In this document: in pieces, positions 10,467 to 20,215 of the stretch
Position numbering within the stretch: position 1 is the stretch's first letter
Layout: each line of letters begins with the position of its first letter
Source: an uncultured Smithella sp.
Lineage (GTDB): Bacteria; Desulfobacterota; Syntrophia; Syntrophales; Smithellaceae
Direction of reading: 5' to 3'
Assembly: GCA_964491435.1 (NCBI GenBank)
Contig: CAZBGE010000001.1
Span: 2,164 to 66,163 of the forward strand
Length of the DNA stretch: 64,000 nt
Translations under genes and position numbers: made by a program
The notes under the pieces: model-generated
Told to the model about the DNA's origin: nothing
Seen by the model: only the letters and a program-made list of their open reading frames with translations
Database searches by the model: none

Positions 10467-12128
10467 TTAATCTTTAAAGATTGCTCCGGTTGAAGCAGAG
10501 GTGACCTGCTTGGCGTAACGCGCCAGATAGCCGGTGGTAATGGCCGGCTTCCGCGGCTTCAAGGTTTTTCTGCGTTTTTCCAGTTCTTCATCACTGATTT
10601 TCAGATTGAGCGTTTTGGCTGGCATGTCAATGGAGATGATGTCGCCTTCTTTCACTAGGGCAATCGGACCGCCTTCGGCCGCTTCCGGCGAAATATGTCC
10701 GATGGCGGCGCCTTGCGTTCCGCCGCTGAAGCGCCCGTCCGTCAAAAGCGCAACCGTCTTGTCCAGACCCATGCCGACAATGGCGGATGTGGGCGAGAGC
10801 ATTTCCCTCATTCCGGGCCCGCCCTTGGGACCTTCGTAGCGGATGACTACGATGTCGCCGCTTTTAATTTTTCCGCCGAGAATCGCGGCAATGGCATCGT
10901 CTTCACAATCAAAGACTCTGGCTTTTCCCTCGTTGACCTGCATGGCTGGCGCCACGGCGGATTGTTTCACCACAGCGCCGTCCGGCGCCAGGTTGCCGCG
11001 CAAAACGGCAATGCCGCCTTGTTTGGAATATGGATTGTTAAGAGGCCGAATGACATCTTCGTTTAAAACCTGGACGGTTTTTAAATTTGCACCCACGTTT
11101 TTCCCTGTTACCGTCAATGCCTTTTCCTGGATCACGCCCAACTTGCTGATCAGCTTCATGAGGGCCTGGATGCCGCCTGCGGCGTCGAAATCTTCAATAT
11201 GATGATATCCGGCGGGACTCAGCTTGCAGAGATTCGGCGTTTTTTCGCTGATCTGATTGAATAAATCCAGATCAATTTTGATCCCGGCTTCATGCGCGAC
11301 GGCCGGGATATGCAGAACCGTGTTTGTGGAACAGCCCAGCGCCATATCGACGGCGATCGCATTTTTAAAAGCGGCGAGCGTGGCGATGTCGCGGGGTTTC
11401 AAATTCTTTCTGAGCAGATCCATAATTTTCATGCCCGCGTATTTAGCCAGGCGATGGCGGGAGGCGAATACGGCGGGAATGGTTCCATTGCCGGGCAGTC
11501 CCAGTCCCAGCGCTTCCGTAACACAGTTCATGGAGTTGGCTGTGTACATGCCGGAGCAGGAACCGCAGCCGGGGCAGGCGCTGTCTTCAAGTTGGGCCAA
11601 TCCGGCAGCGGTCATCTTTTTGGCTTTCACTGCGCCAACCCCCTCAAACACCGAGATCAAATCAACTGTTTTGCCTTGAACCTTTCCCGCAAGCATCGGA
11701 CCGCCGCTGATGAAAATGGACGGCAGGTTCAGCCGCAGCGCTGCCATCAGCATGCCGGGAATAATCTTGTCGCAGTTGGGAATAAAAACCAGCGCGTCAA
11801 ATGGGTGGGCCATGGCCATGATTTCGATAGAATCGGCGATTAGTTCACGGCTGGCCAGAGAATATTTCATGCCTGCATGATTCATGGCAATGCCGTCGCA
11901 AACTCCGATCACCGGAAATTCCATCGGGGTGCCGCCGGACATCCGGATTCCGGCTTTGACATCCTGAGCAATCAGGTCCAGATGGATATGGCCGGGGATG
12001 ACTTCGTTAGCGGAATTCACCACGCCGATAAGCGGCCTGTCGATTTCTTCTTCCGTATAGCCCATTGCTTTCAAGAGCGAACGGTGCGGCGCGCGCTCCA
12101 ATCCTTTTTTCATCAAATCGCTTCTCAT
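10467..12128 (-). CDS. ilvD: dihydroxy-acid dehydratase
   Basis: IlvD/Edd family motifs ([30 protein letters not shown], the Fe-S Cys cluster [18 protein letters not shown]). I chose ATG 12128 because a GGGAGAG RBS precedes it; the ORF track extends to 12188. Confidence 0.93.
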   Translation of the reverse strand: MRSDLMKKGLERAPHRSLLKAMGYTEEEIDRPLIGVVNSANEVIPGHIHLDLIAQDVKAGIRMSGGTPMEFPVIGVCDGIAMNHAGMKYSLASRELIADSIEIMAMAHPFDALVFIPNCDKIIPGMLMAALRLNLPSIFISGGPMLAGKVQGKTVDLISVFEGVGAVKAKKMTAAGLAQLEDSACPGCGSCSGMYTANSMNCVTEALGLGLPGNGTIPAVFASRHRLAKYAGMKIMDLLRKNLKPRDIATLAAFKNAIAVDMALGCSTNTVLHIPAVAHEAGIKIDLDLFNQISEKTPNLCKLSPAGYHHIEDFDAAGGIQALMKLISKLGVIQEKALTVTGKNVGANLKTVQVLNEDVIRPLNNPYSKQGGIAVLRGNLAPDGAVVKQSAVAPAMQVNEGKARVFDCEDDAIAAILGGKIKSGDIVVIRYEGPKGGPGMREMLSPTSAIVGMGLDKTVALLTDGRFSGGTQGAAIGHISPEAAEGGPIALVKEGDIISIDMPAKTLNLKISDEELEKRRKTLKPRKPAITTGYLARYAKQVTSASTGAIFKD

Positions 12129-12188
12129 GATTTCTCTCCCTGTTGGAACAAGAGGTTTCCACCTCTTGTTCTGTAAATGAAATATCAA

Positions 12189-13244
12189 TTATTTTTTCCT
12201 TTTTTCCGGTCTTAACGCTCTGACTGCCGCGCCCGCCTGCCACATTTCCGAGTTGCGCATTTCCGCAAGTTCGGCATTGAGATTCTCCTTGTAATCCGGA
12301 GCGCTGTTGACGCGCAGAACTACTTCGGTTTCTCTTCCAGTGGCAACGGAATCATAAAGCTCCGCAAAGACCGGCTCGACAGCCTTGCGAAATTTGTGCC
12401 GCCAGTCCAAAGCGCCGCGCTGCGCGGTGGCTGAGCAGTTGGCATACATCCAGTCCATGCCGTTTTCGCCGACCAGACGGATCAGGCTCTGGGTCAGTTC
12501 CTCCACGGTCTCATTGAAGGCTTCGCTGGGAGTATGGCCATGCTTGCGCAGTTCCGCGTATTGCGCCTCCATCATGCCCGCCAGAGCGCCCATCAGCACA
12601 CCGCGTTCGCCGGTGAGATCGCTGTAAACCTCCATTTGAAACGTCGTCGGGAAAAGGAAGCCAGAACCGATCGCGATGCCCAGCGCGAGCGTCCGCTCCA
12701 TCGCGCGCCCCGTTGTGTCCTGATGGACGGCAAAACTGGAGTTGATGCCGCTGCCGTCGATAAAATTCCGGCGGACGCTGGTGCCCGAGCCCTTGGGTGC
12801 AACCATGATCACATCGACAAAGTCCGGAGGAATAACGCCGGTCTGTTCTTTATAAACAATGGAAAAACCATGTGAAAAGTAAAGCGCGTCGCCTTTTTTC
12901 AGGTGCGCTTTTACTTTCGGCCAGAGGAGCATCTGCGCCGCATCGGAAACCAGATATTGAATGATCGTTGCCTTCTCCACCGCTTCTTCAATGGGGAAAA
13001 GCGTCTGCCCGGGCACCCAGCCGTCGGCAATCGCTTTATCCCAATAAGATTTGTCTTCCGGGGACTGCCCGATGATCACATTCACACCGTTGTCTTTCAT
13101 ATTAAAGGCTTGCGCAGGTCCCTGAACGCCGTATCCCAGCACGGCGATTACTTCCTGTTTAAGGACTTCCTGTGCTTTTTGGACTGTGAACTCATCCGCA
13201 GTCACCACATCTTCCACCGTACCGCCAAAATTGATTTTTGCCAT
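12189..13244 (-). CDS. ilvC: ketol-acid reductoisomerase
   Basis: 351 aa with a Rossmann segment VLGYGVQGPAQAFNMKDNG and the KARI C-terminal knotted domain. Confidence 0.92.
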   Translation of the reverse strand: MAKINFGGTVEDVVTADEFTVQKAQEVLKQEVIAVLGYGVQGPAQAFNMKDNGVNVIIGQSPEDKSYWDKAIADGWVPGQTLFPIEEAVEKATIIQYLVSDAAQMLLWPKVKAHLKKGDALYFSHGFSIVYKEQTGVIPPDFVDVIMVAPKGSGTSVRRNFIDGSGINSSFAVHQDTTGRAMERTLALGIAIGSGFLFPTTFQMEVYSDLTGERGVLMGALAGMMEAQYAELRKHGHTPSEAFNETVEELTQSLIRLVGENGMDWMYANCSATAQRGALDWRHKFRKAVEPVFAELYDSVATGRETEVVLRVNSAPDYKENLNAELAEMRNSEMWQAGAAVRALRPEKRKK

Positions 13245-13283
13245 AATGCCTCCTATTCTCTCAGTGATTGTTATCCGTTCATG

Positions 13284-13769
13284 TTAATCTTCCAGTTTCA
13301 GGGCGATCAGGCCTGTTCGCGTGATATCGCTAATACCAAGCGGTTCCAGGCGCGCCAGAGAAAAGTCTATCTGCGTTTTATCCCCCGTAATTTCGATAAT
13401 CACGTAAGCGTCACCCGATACAATGACTTTCCATTTATTCATGTCTATGGCCTTTCTCACCGCTTCCGCATTCTGGGCCGTCAGATTCAGCCGGACCATC
13501 AGCATTTCACGATGGACGGATTCAACGTTGGTCAGATCATCAACGGAAATTACATCAACAAGTCTTTGCAGCTGATTGATAATGCGGGTGATGGTTGCCT
13601 GAGATCCGGCGGTGGTCATGACAATTTTTGATATGTCGTTTTGCGTTGTGGTATTTACGCATAAACTATCGATGTTGTAGCCTTTACCGCCCAATGCTCC
13701 GGCGATTCTGGCCAGCACGTCGGGCTTGTTGTGCACCAGAATTGAAAAAATGTGGGTCTTTTTCTCCAT
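13284..13769 (-). CDS. ilvN: acetolactate synthase small (regulatory) subunit
   Basis: 161 aa ACT-domain protein (HIFSILVHNKPDVLARIAGALGGKGYNIDSL) located between ilvB and ilvC. Confidence 0.9.
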   Translation of the reverse strand: MEKKTHIFSILVHNKPDVLARIAGALGGKGYNIDSLCVNTTTQNDISKIVMTTAGSQATITRIINQLQRLVDVISVDDLTNVESVHREMLMVRLNLTAQNAEAVRKAIDMNKWKVIVSGDAYVIIEITGDKTQIDFSLARLEPLGISDITRTGLIALKLED

Positions 13770-13814
13770 TATTTTTCAACCTCTCCATAAATTATTTTAA
13801 AGACTTCGTCAATT

Positions 13815-15518
13815 TCAGTTAATCATCTCTCTTGAGCCCAGCGTCATCTGGCTGATCGACTCACCCGGATGGACCATAGGATAGACGCATTCCTCGCGCG
13901 ATACACGGAAATCCATCAGGACCGGCTTGTTGACGGCAAGGCCTTCTTTTAAAACCGTCTCCACTTCGGCGGGTTTGGTCGCCCGCAGGCCGACGACGCC
14001 GAAAGCTTCCGCCAGTTTCACGAAATCCGGCGCGTATGTCATGTCCGTGTGGGAGTAACGCTTTTCATAAAACATTTCCTGCCATTGACGCACCATTCCC
14101 AGATAACCGTTATTTAACAAGACAACCTTCACGGCAATATTATACTGGGCGGCGGTCGCCAGTTCCTGAATATTCATCTGGATGCTGCCGTCGCCGGCAA
14201 TGTCCACGACCTGCTTGTCGGGGAAAGCGCATTTGACACCGATCGCGGCGGGCAGACCAAAGCCCATTGTCCCCAGGCCGCCGGAAGAAATAAATGAATT
14301 AGGCCGGTTGAAATGGAAAAACTGCGCCGTCCACATCTGATTCTGACCGACTTCCGTGGTAATCAGGGCGTCGCCTCCCGTCAGCCGGTACAAAGTTTCA
14401 ATGACATATTGAGGTTTGATGACCTCGCCATTCTGGCAATAAGTCAATGGCGCTTTTCCCCGCCATTCGGTAATTTCGGAAAGCCATGCCTTGCGACAGG
14501 TGTCGTTGTATTCATAGTGGTGTTCTTCAAGAAAGCGCAAGAGATCATTGAGCGTGTTCTTAGTGTCGCCGATAATAGGCAGATCAACGGTAACATTCTT
14601 GTTAATCGAGGACGGATCGATATCAATATGAACAATCTTGGCATTGGCGGCAAAAGTTTCAATAGTGCCGGTGACGCGATCATCGAACCGGACACCGACG
14701 GCCAGCAGAAAATCACAATGGCTGATGGCCATATTTGCATAATAGGTTCCATGCATTCCCAGCATGCCCAGCCACAGCGGATCGCTGCCCGGAAACGATC
14801 CGAGGCCCATCAAAGTGCCGGTTACGGGAATCTCGTATTTTCGCGCCAACCGTGTCAATTCCTCTGCCGCCCGGCCCAGGATCACGCCTCCTCCGGCCAT
14901 AATCAGTGGTTTTTTAGCGGCATGAAGCATGTCCAGCACATTGGCCATCTTTTTGGGAGCCGGCTTATACGGAGTTTCATAATGCCGGAATTTCACATTG
15001 TCCGGATCATAATCCGTTTGCGCGGCCATGACATTTTTAGGGAGATCAACCAGCACCGGCCCGGGGCGTCCGGAGCGGGCGATGTGAAAAGCTTCTTTAA
15101 CCGTTGAGGCCAATTCATCAACATTTCGCACCAGGAAATTGTGTTTGGTGCAGGGGCGCGTAATGCCGGTAATATCGCATTCCTGAAAGGCGTCATTTCC
15201 GATGAGGCCTGTGGGCACTTGTCCGGTAAAAACAACCAGGGGAATAGAGTCCATGTTGGCGGTAGCGATGCCGGTGACAGCATTGGTAGCGCCGGGACCG
15301 GAGGTTACTAAACAAACGCCTACTTTGCCGGTTGATCGCGCGTAACCGTCGGCGGCGTGCACGGCGCCCTGCTCGTGGCGCACTAATATGTGTTTGAGAT
15401 TGCTTTTGTAAAGCTGATCATAAATATCCAGGACAGCCCCGCCCGGATAACCAAAAATAATGTCAACTTTTTCTTCTTCCAGCATTTTCAGCAGAATCTC
15501 CGTGCCTTTCAATTTCAT
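13815..15518 (-). CDS. ilvB: acetolactate synthase large (catalytic) subunit
   Basis: ThDP-enzyme motifs (IFGYPGGAVLDIYD, GPGATNAVTGIA, the GDGSIQMNIQELAT ThDP-binding fold). I chose ATG 15518 (MKLKGTEILL) because a GGAGG RBS precedes it; the ORF track extends to TTG 15560. Confidence 0.93.
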   Translation of the reverse strand: MKLKGTEILLKMLEEEKVDIIFGYPGGAVLDIYDQLYKSNLKHILVRHEQGAVHAADGYARSTGKVGVCLVTSGPGATNAVTGIATANMDSIPLVVFTGQVPTGLIGNDAFQECDITGITRPCTKHNFLVRNVDELASTVKEAFHIARSGRPGPVLVDLPKNVMAAQTDYDPDNVKFRHYETPYKPAPKKMANVLDMLHAAKKPLIMAGGGVILGRAAEELTRLARKYEIPVTGTLMGLGSFPGSDPLWLGMLGMHGTYYANMAISHCDFLLAVGVRFDDRVTGTIETFAANAKIVHIDIDPSSINKNVTVDLPIIGDTKNTLNDLLRFLEEHHYEYNDTCRKAWLSEITEWRGKAPLTYCQNGEVIKPQYVIETLYRLTGGDALITTEVGQNQMWTAQFFHFNRPNSFISSGGLGTMGFGLPAAIGVKCAFPDKQVVDIAGDGSIQMNIQELATAAQYNIAVKVVLLNNGYLGMVRQWQEMFYEKRYSHTDMTYAPDFVKLAEAFGVVGLRATKPAEVETVLKEGLAVNKPVLMDFRVSREECVYPMVHPGESISQMTLGSREMIN

Positions 15519-15571
15519 AGACTCAAATTCCTCCATCAGGAGCTTATGTTTTGTATCCAAAACTTTTAAAA

Positions 15572-15654
15572 CTAAAAAAGCCGCCAGTTTCTTTTCGAAA
15601 AAGCGGCTTTACATTTAATGAAACAAAGCCGCGGGCTTTTCGGGGCCCGCGGCT
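15572..15654 (-). promoter_or_regulatory. putative transcription attenuator (two alternative hairpins, the second an intrinsic terminator) upstream of ilvB
   Basis: On the - strand RNA, hairpin 1 is AGCCGCGGGC/GCCCGCGGCU (15654-15627). Hairpin 2 is AAAGCCGC/GCGGCUUU followed by a U6 run (15610-15574). The 3' arm of hairpin 1 ends in the same 8-mer, GCGGCUUU, as the terminator 3' arm, so both can compete for AAAGCCGC. Confidence 0.6.
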
Positions 15655-15667
15655 GATATCTTTTTTC

Positions 15668-15772
15668 TTAAAGATACCGGGCGGCAGACCCCATAAGTAC
15701 GACTACTACGACGAGCAATCTTACACAGGTTTGTATCTGAATTCTGCCACTGTCTAAATCTTTAAGAAACAT
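15668..15772 (-). CDS. putative ilv operon leader peptide (34 aa, Val5 run)
   Basis: Manual translation of the - strand gives MFLKDLDSGRIQIQTCVRLLVVVVVLMGSAARYL*, with GGGAAG 5 nt upstream of the ATG. There are five consecutive Val codons flanked by Leu. The stop lies 13 nt before the hairpins. A longer version starts at ATG 15790. Confidence 0.55.
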   Translation of the reverse strand: MFLKDLDSGRIQIQTCVRLLVVVVVLMGSAARYL

Positions 15773-15798
15773 AATTACTTCCCATTGCATTTGACTGC

Positions 15799-15827
15799 TT
15801 TGTAACGAAAAAAAACCATCTTGTCAA
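15799..15827 (-). promoter_or_regulatory. putative sigma-70 promoter of the ilv leader/operon
   Basis: On the - strand: TTGACA (15827-15822), a 17 nt spacer, then TACAAA (15804-15799). It lies just downstream of the PBP1A stop and upstream of the leader ORF. Confidence 0.4.
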
Positions 15828-15855
15828 GAGGCATTCTCACCTTTCCCGATATTTT

Positions 15856-17886
15856 TCACCGGAATAATTCTTCGGATTCATCCGAAACATTTTCTTCTTT
15901 GTCGCCGGGCATGGCGGTATCGAGAAAACATTCATAGATGGTTTCCGGGCCAGCTGCTTGTGTCGGTCGACCGGTTTTGGAGTCCACTTTCACAAAAACA
16001 ATACCTTCCGGGACGGGAAAGGTTTCTACCGGCTTTCCCTGCAGAACTTTTTCCATAAAATAGAGCCAGATCGGAGCCGCCGCGCGGCCGCCTACTTCCT
16101 GCCGTCCCATGTTTTTCTCCTGATCGAAACCAATCCAGACACCGGTGATCAGAGACGGTGTGAATCCGATAAACCAGGCGTCGCGTGTATCATTGGTTGT
16201 TCCCGTCTTGCCGGCAACGGGCCGGCCGATGCTTTTTACTCTCCGTCCCGTTCCGCTTTCTACAACGTCCTGCATCACATAAGTTGTCATAAATGCGATG
16301 CGGGGATCAATGACCTGTTCCGACTCCACCTTTGTTTCTTCAAAAATATTGCCGGTGCGATCCACAATTTTACGGATGAAGTGAGGAGTAACTTTTTTCC
16401 CGGAATTGCCCAGAACGCCGTAAGCGCGAACCAACTCCTGCAAGGTAACACCGGACGATCCCAAGGCAATGGAGAGATTCCTGGAAAGCGGAGACTCTAT
16501 GCCCATGTTAACAATGTAAGATGTGGCGTAATCAATGCCGATTTCCTCCAAAATTTTAACGGTGACGACGTTACGGGATTGCACCAGGGCTGTTCTCATG
16601 GTAATCGGTCCTAGAAATTTTCCATCGAAGTTTTTCGGTTTCCACAGACCGTCTTCCTGCGAAGGATCTTCATAGACAATGGGAGAATCGACAACCTGCG
16701 TGGACGGATTCATCCCTTTATCAAAGGCAGCCGTATATATGAGAGGCTTAAAAGCGGAACCAGGTTGGCGGCGCGATTGAATGGCGCGGTTGAACTCGCT
16801 TTTATTGAAATCACGTCCGCCGACCAGCGCGCGAATCGCGCCGGTTTTTAAATCCATACAGTAGAGCGCGCCCTGCACCAATCCGCTTTTATATTTTTCC
16901 CGTGCTTCCATTTCCGAAAGCCCCTTGAGGAGTGCATCATGGGCCGCTTTTTGCGCTGAAAGATTTAAAGTCGTATAAATGGATAACCCTTCCTTGTAAA
17001 GAACGTCAGCACCGTATTTTTCCTGCACATAACGGCGGACATGTTCGACAAAATACGCGGCTACTTTATCCTTCGGTTTCATGGGCCTCATTTTCAGAGG
17101 AGCGGCGATGGCCTTTTCCATTTGCTCTCTGGTGATAAAACCTTCTTCCATCATCCGCGTCAAAACATATACCTGTCGTTGTTTTGCACGGTCAAAATAA
17201 AGAAACGGAGAGTAAGTGGTGGGTGCTTTGGGCAGACCGGCCAGGAGTGCTGCTTCCGGCAATGTCAGATCCTTGGCGCTTTTGCCAAAGTAGCCGATGG
17301 AGGCCGATTCAATGCCGTAGGTGCCGTGTCCCAGATAGATTTGGTTCAAATACAAATTCAAAATTTCGTCTTTTGTCAGATAGCGGTCAATGCGGTAAGA
17401 GAGGATGGCCTCCTTGAATTTCCGAATGTATTTTCTTTCCGGTGAGAGATACATCAGCTTGGCTACCTGTTGTGTAATGGTACTGCCGCCCTGCACAATT
17501 TTTCCCGCTTCCACATTTTTAAAAAAAGCACGGAAAATGCTTCTTAAATCAACGCCCCGATGCTGATAAAAGCGGGAATCTTCAGCTGCAACAAAAGCGT
17601 ATTGAACGATTTTCGGAACCTCGGAAACCTTCACCAATTTTCTGTCTTCCAGAAAAAACTCGTCAATCAGTTCGTTATTTTCGTCGAATACGCGTGAGGC
17701 AATGCTGGGCCGGTAATCCTTGAGCGCGTCAATGCCGGGCAGGTCCAGGGTCATGACGTAATAGGCGACGGTTCCGCCGACGCCCGCCAGCAGAGCGAAA
17801 ACAACGAAAATTACTAAAAAGACAAGTACTTTAGACCGTTTGGCGCCCTGTTGTGTGTTCTTGATTTTTTCTTTGCGTCCAAACAT
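15856..17886 (-). CDS. penicillin-binding protein 1A family (bifunctional glycosyltransferase/transpeptidase)
   Basis: 676 aa with an N-terminal TM anchor, GT51 motifs (EDSRFYQHRGVD, GGSTITQQVAK, RKFKE) and transpeptidase motifs (SAFKP, SRN, KTGTT). Confidence 0.92.
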   Translation of the reverse strand: MFGRKEKIKNTQQGAKRSKVLVFLVIFVVFALLAGVGGTVAYYVMTLDLPGIDALKDYRPSIASRVFDENNELIDEFFLEDRKLVKVSEVPKIVQYAFVAAEDSRFYQHRGVDLRSIFRAFFKNVEAGKIVQGGSTITQQVAKLMYLSPERKYIRKFKEAILSYRIDRYLTKDEILNLYLNQIYLGHGTYGIESASIGYFGKSAKDLTLPEAALLAGLPKAPTTYSPFLYFDRAKQRQVYVLTRMMEEGFITREQMEKAIAAPLKMRPMKPKDKVAAYFVEHVRRYVQEKYGADVLYKEGLSIYTTLNLSAQKAAHDALLKGLSEMEAREKYKSGLVQGALYCMDLKTGAIRALVGGRDFNKSEFNRAIQSRRQPGSAFKPLIYTAAFDKGMNPSTQVVDSPIVYEDPSQEDGLWKPKNFDGKFLGPITMRTALVQSRNVVTVKILEEIGIDYATSYIVNMGIESPLSRNLSIALGSSGVTLQELVRAYGVLGNSGKKVTPHFIRKIVDRTGNIFEETKVESEQVIDPRIAFMTTYVMQDVVESGTGRRVKSIGRPVAGKTGTTNDTRDAWFIGFTPSLITGVWIGFDQEKNMGRQEVGGRAAAPIWLYFMEKVLQGKPVETFPVPEGIVFVKVDSKTGRPTQAAGPETIYECFLDTAMPGDKEENVSDESEELFR

Positions 17887-17896
17887 GGCCTAATTC

Positions 17897-18664
17897 CTAT
17901 TTTTCACTATTGTTTTCATTTGATGCAGAAACCTCTTTTTTTGGGGCGGCAAATTTTGCAACGAATATACTCACTTCGTAGAGAAACAGCAAGGGTATTG
18001 CCATGAGAATCTGGCTGAGCGCGTCCGGTGAAGGAGTGAGAATCGCGGCGGCAATAAACATCAGCAAAATTGCATATTTTCTGTTTTTGGAAAGCAGCTG
18101 ATCTGTGACTATGCCCAGTTTTGCCAGGAAGAAAACTAAAACCGGCAACTGGAAGGATAAACCGAACCCCAGTAAAAATTTAATGAAAAGGGAAAGGTAT
18201 TCGTTGAAAGAAATCATGGCTTGCAGGTACTGATTGTTGAAACTAACGAAAAATTCAAAAGCTGGAGGCAGCACGATAAAATAGCCGAATACAACACCGC
18301 TCAGAAATAACAATGTGGAAGATATCACAAAGGGCGCCACATACTTTTTTTCCTGCGGCAGCAGAGCAGGCGAGATAAATTTCCATACCTGATAGAAGAT
18401 GAAAGGGCTGGTGAAAATCAGGGAAGAAAAAAAAGCGACTTTCATGTAAGTGAAAAAGGCTTGGGTTAAACCGGTGTAAATGAGGTAGCTGTTTTTGGGA
18501 AGAGCATCGGTCAGTGGTTTTGTAATGATTGTAAAAAGCGCATCTTTAAAATAATAGCAGGCGATAAAGCCGATTCCCAGTGCAATTAACGAGTTGGTTA
18601 ATCTCTTGCGCAGTTCAATCAAATGTTCGGTCAAAGACATTTTAAGATCTTCGTTGGTTTCCAT
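17897..18664 (-). CDS. tatC: twin-arginine translocase subunit TatC
   Basis: 255 aa polytopic membrane protein with the TatC N-terminal motif (LTEHLIELRKRL) and about six hydrophobic segments. Confidence 0.9.
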   Translation of the reverse strand: METNEDLKMSLTEHLIELRKRLTNSLIALGIGFIACYYFKDALFTIITKPLTDALPKNSYLIYTGLTQAFFTYMKVAFFSSLIFTSPFIFYQVWKFISPALLPQEKKYVAPFVISSTLLFLSGVVFGYFIVLPPAFEFFVSFNNQYLQAMISFNEYLSLFIKFLLGFGLSFQLPVLVFFLAKLGIVTDQLLSKNRKYAILLMFIAAAILTPSPDALSQILMAIPLLFLYEVSIFVAKFAAPKKEVSASNENNSEK

Positions 18665-18712
18665 TGCGTGCCGTTTTGCTGGGTGCTGAAATGGTGGATG
18701 TTATTTTGGATT

Positions 18713-18994
18713 CTATACTTTTCCAGAATTATTTCCGGATGTTTCATTTTTTGTCTCTTCGGAGCCGGACTTTTTTAAAAGCAGCGAATCTTTCAAGCCG
18801 TTATCCTGCCCGGACTTTTTATCGTCATCTTTCAAGGCGTCTTTAAGATCCTCCGTGACACCTTCGGTGGCATTCTTAAAATCCCTGAAACCTTTGCCCA
18901 ATGTTTTTGCCAGATCGGGCAGCTTTTTGGGCCCGACGATTAAAAGCGCGATGATCGCGATGATAATCAATTCCTGCATTCCGATACCGAACAT
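18713..18994 (-). CDS. tatA: twin-arginine translocase TatA/TatB family subunit
   Basis: 93 aa. MFGIGMQELIIIAIIALLIVGPKKLP TM-plus-hinge motif, followed by an amphipathic, charged tail. Confidence 0.88.
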   Translation of the reverse strand: MFGIGMQELIIIAIIALLIVGPKKLPDLAKTLGKGFRDFKNATEGVTEDLKDALKDDDKKSGQDNGLKDSLLLKKSGSEETKNETSGNNSGKV

Positions 18995-19027
18995 GGATGG
19001 ATAGCTCCTTTTAAATACTGTTCTCTT

Positions 19028-19055
19028 CCTATATATTGATTACAATTTTTGTCAA
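19028..19055 (-). promoter_or_regulatory. possible sigma-70 promoter for tatA-tatC
   Basis: On the - strand: TTGACA (19055-19050), a 16 nt spacer, then TATAGG (19033-19028). An AAGGAG RBS follows before tatA. Confidence 0.3.
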
Positions 19056-19101
19056 TATTTTTAATCTTGACGGGGATTGCGACATCTAATACGCAATCTC
19101 C

Positions 19102-19605
19102 ATGACTCTTGATGAACAGATTGCCGAACTGAGCCGGACGGGATCCGGGAAAATGATAAATCTGGCTCGTCCGGGTGTGATTTTGCTGATTGCTGGTTTC
19201 GTGCTGACCGGGTCGTTTACCGGCAACCATGTTTTCTATGCGATTTCAATGGCTTTTACGCTCATCGCTTTTGCCGTCTGGAAGATCACTCCGCATATGG
19301 TCAATGCTGCCCGGGGATTGAAAGAAGGAATCCGGCAAAACGGCGAAGTCGCAATCAGTATTCAGCATTGGAAAGACGCGGACTCAAACGACTATAAATC
19401 TTATCAGGGAATGATTTTCATGAATAATCAGCCCTTATGGCGGATGGAATTTGTGATTCCGCAAAACTGGCAGCCTGCGGAAGGTAAATATCCGGCCCAG
19501 CTGGTCTTTATTCGCGGCGTGGAGTGGCCGGTCGTCATTTTGACCGGCAACGGTCTGTTGTATCCTCGTTTGAAACCAGACCGGGCAGATGGTTTTCAAA
19601 GATAA
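19102..19605 (+). CDS. hypothetical membrane protein (two predicted TM helices)
   Basis: 167 aa with two hydrophobic segments (VILLIAGFVLTGSF, FYAISMAFTLIAFAVW) and a soluble C-terminal domain. No recognised motif. Confidence 0.45.
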   Translation: MTLDEQIAELSRTGSGKMINLARPGVILLIAGFVLTGSFTGNHVFYAISMAFTLIAFAVWKITPHMVNAARGLKEGIRQNGEVAISIQHWKDADSNDYKSYQGMIFMNNQPLWRMEFVIPQNWQPAEGKYPAQLVFIRGVEWPVVILTGNGLLYPRLKPDRADGFQR

Positions 19606-19696
19606 TTTTATTATCCTCATCCGCCTTTCACGGAGCGTATTGCATATTTGCAGGCGATGGATTATAAAAGCAGCAAACCCTGAAGGAGTCTTCGGT

Positions 19697-20188
19697 ATGC
19701 CAATTTATGAATTTTATTGTAGAAAATGCAATACGATTTACAGCTTCTTTTCCAAATCCGTCAACACGGATAAAATCCCCAAATGCCCGAAGTGCAAAAA
19801 AATATCCCTGGCCCGTCAGATGTCCGTATTTGCAGCCATCACCGGTGGCGGCAGGGAAGATGCCGCAAGCGATCCTCTGGCCGGAATGGATGAGAGCAAA
19901 ATGGAGAGGGCCATGATGCAATTTGCGGCGGAAGCTGAGAAAATGAAAGATGACGATCCTCGCGCCGCCGCAAACCTCATGCGAAAATTGTCCGAGTCAA
20001 CCGGAATGAAACTGGGCGACGGCTTTCAGGAAGCATTAAAGCGCCTGGAGGCGGGCGAAGACCCGGACAAAATTGACGAAGAAATGGGGGATATTTTATC
20101 GGATGAAGATCCTTTTGGAGAAAAAAAGGTCGGCAGAAAACAGACAATGCGCCAACCGCGTAAGGATGAAACGTTGTACGATCTCTAA
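19697..20188 (+). CDS. FmdB-family zinc-ribbon protein
   Basis: MPIYEFYCRKCN...CPKCKK is the CxxC_CxxC_SSSS (FmdB) signature. A GAAGGAG RBS precedes ATG 19697. The ORF-track start at 19589 is probably too long. Confidence 0.75.
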   Translation: MPIYEFYCRKCNTIYSFFSKSVNTDKIPKCPKCKKISLARQMSVFAAITGGGREDAASDPLAGMDESKMERAMMQFAAEAEKMKDDDPRAAANLMRKLSESTGMKLGDGFQEALKRLEAGEDPDKIDEEMGDILSDEDPFGEKKVGRKQTMRQPRKDETLYDL

Positions 20189-20215
20189 CGGATTGTTAGT
20201 GTAAGGATAATCAGC

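Noticed and set aside
12129-12188. Longer ilvD start (ORF-track start at 12188) abutting the ilvC stop
   Set aside because: The extra 20 residues ([20 protein letters not shown]) are not IlvD-like. ATG 12128 is preceded by GGGAGAG and begins the conserved [15 protein letters not shown]-terminus.
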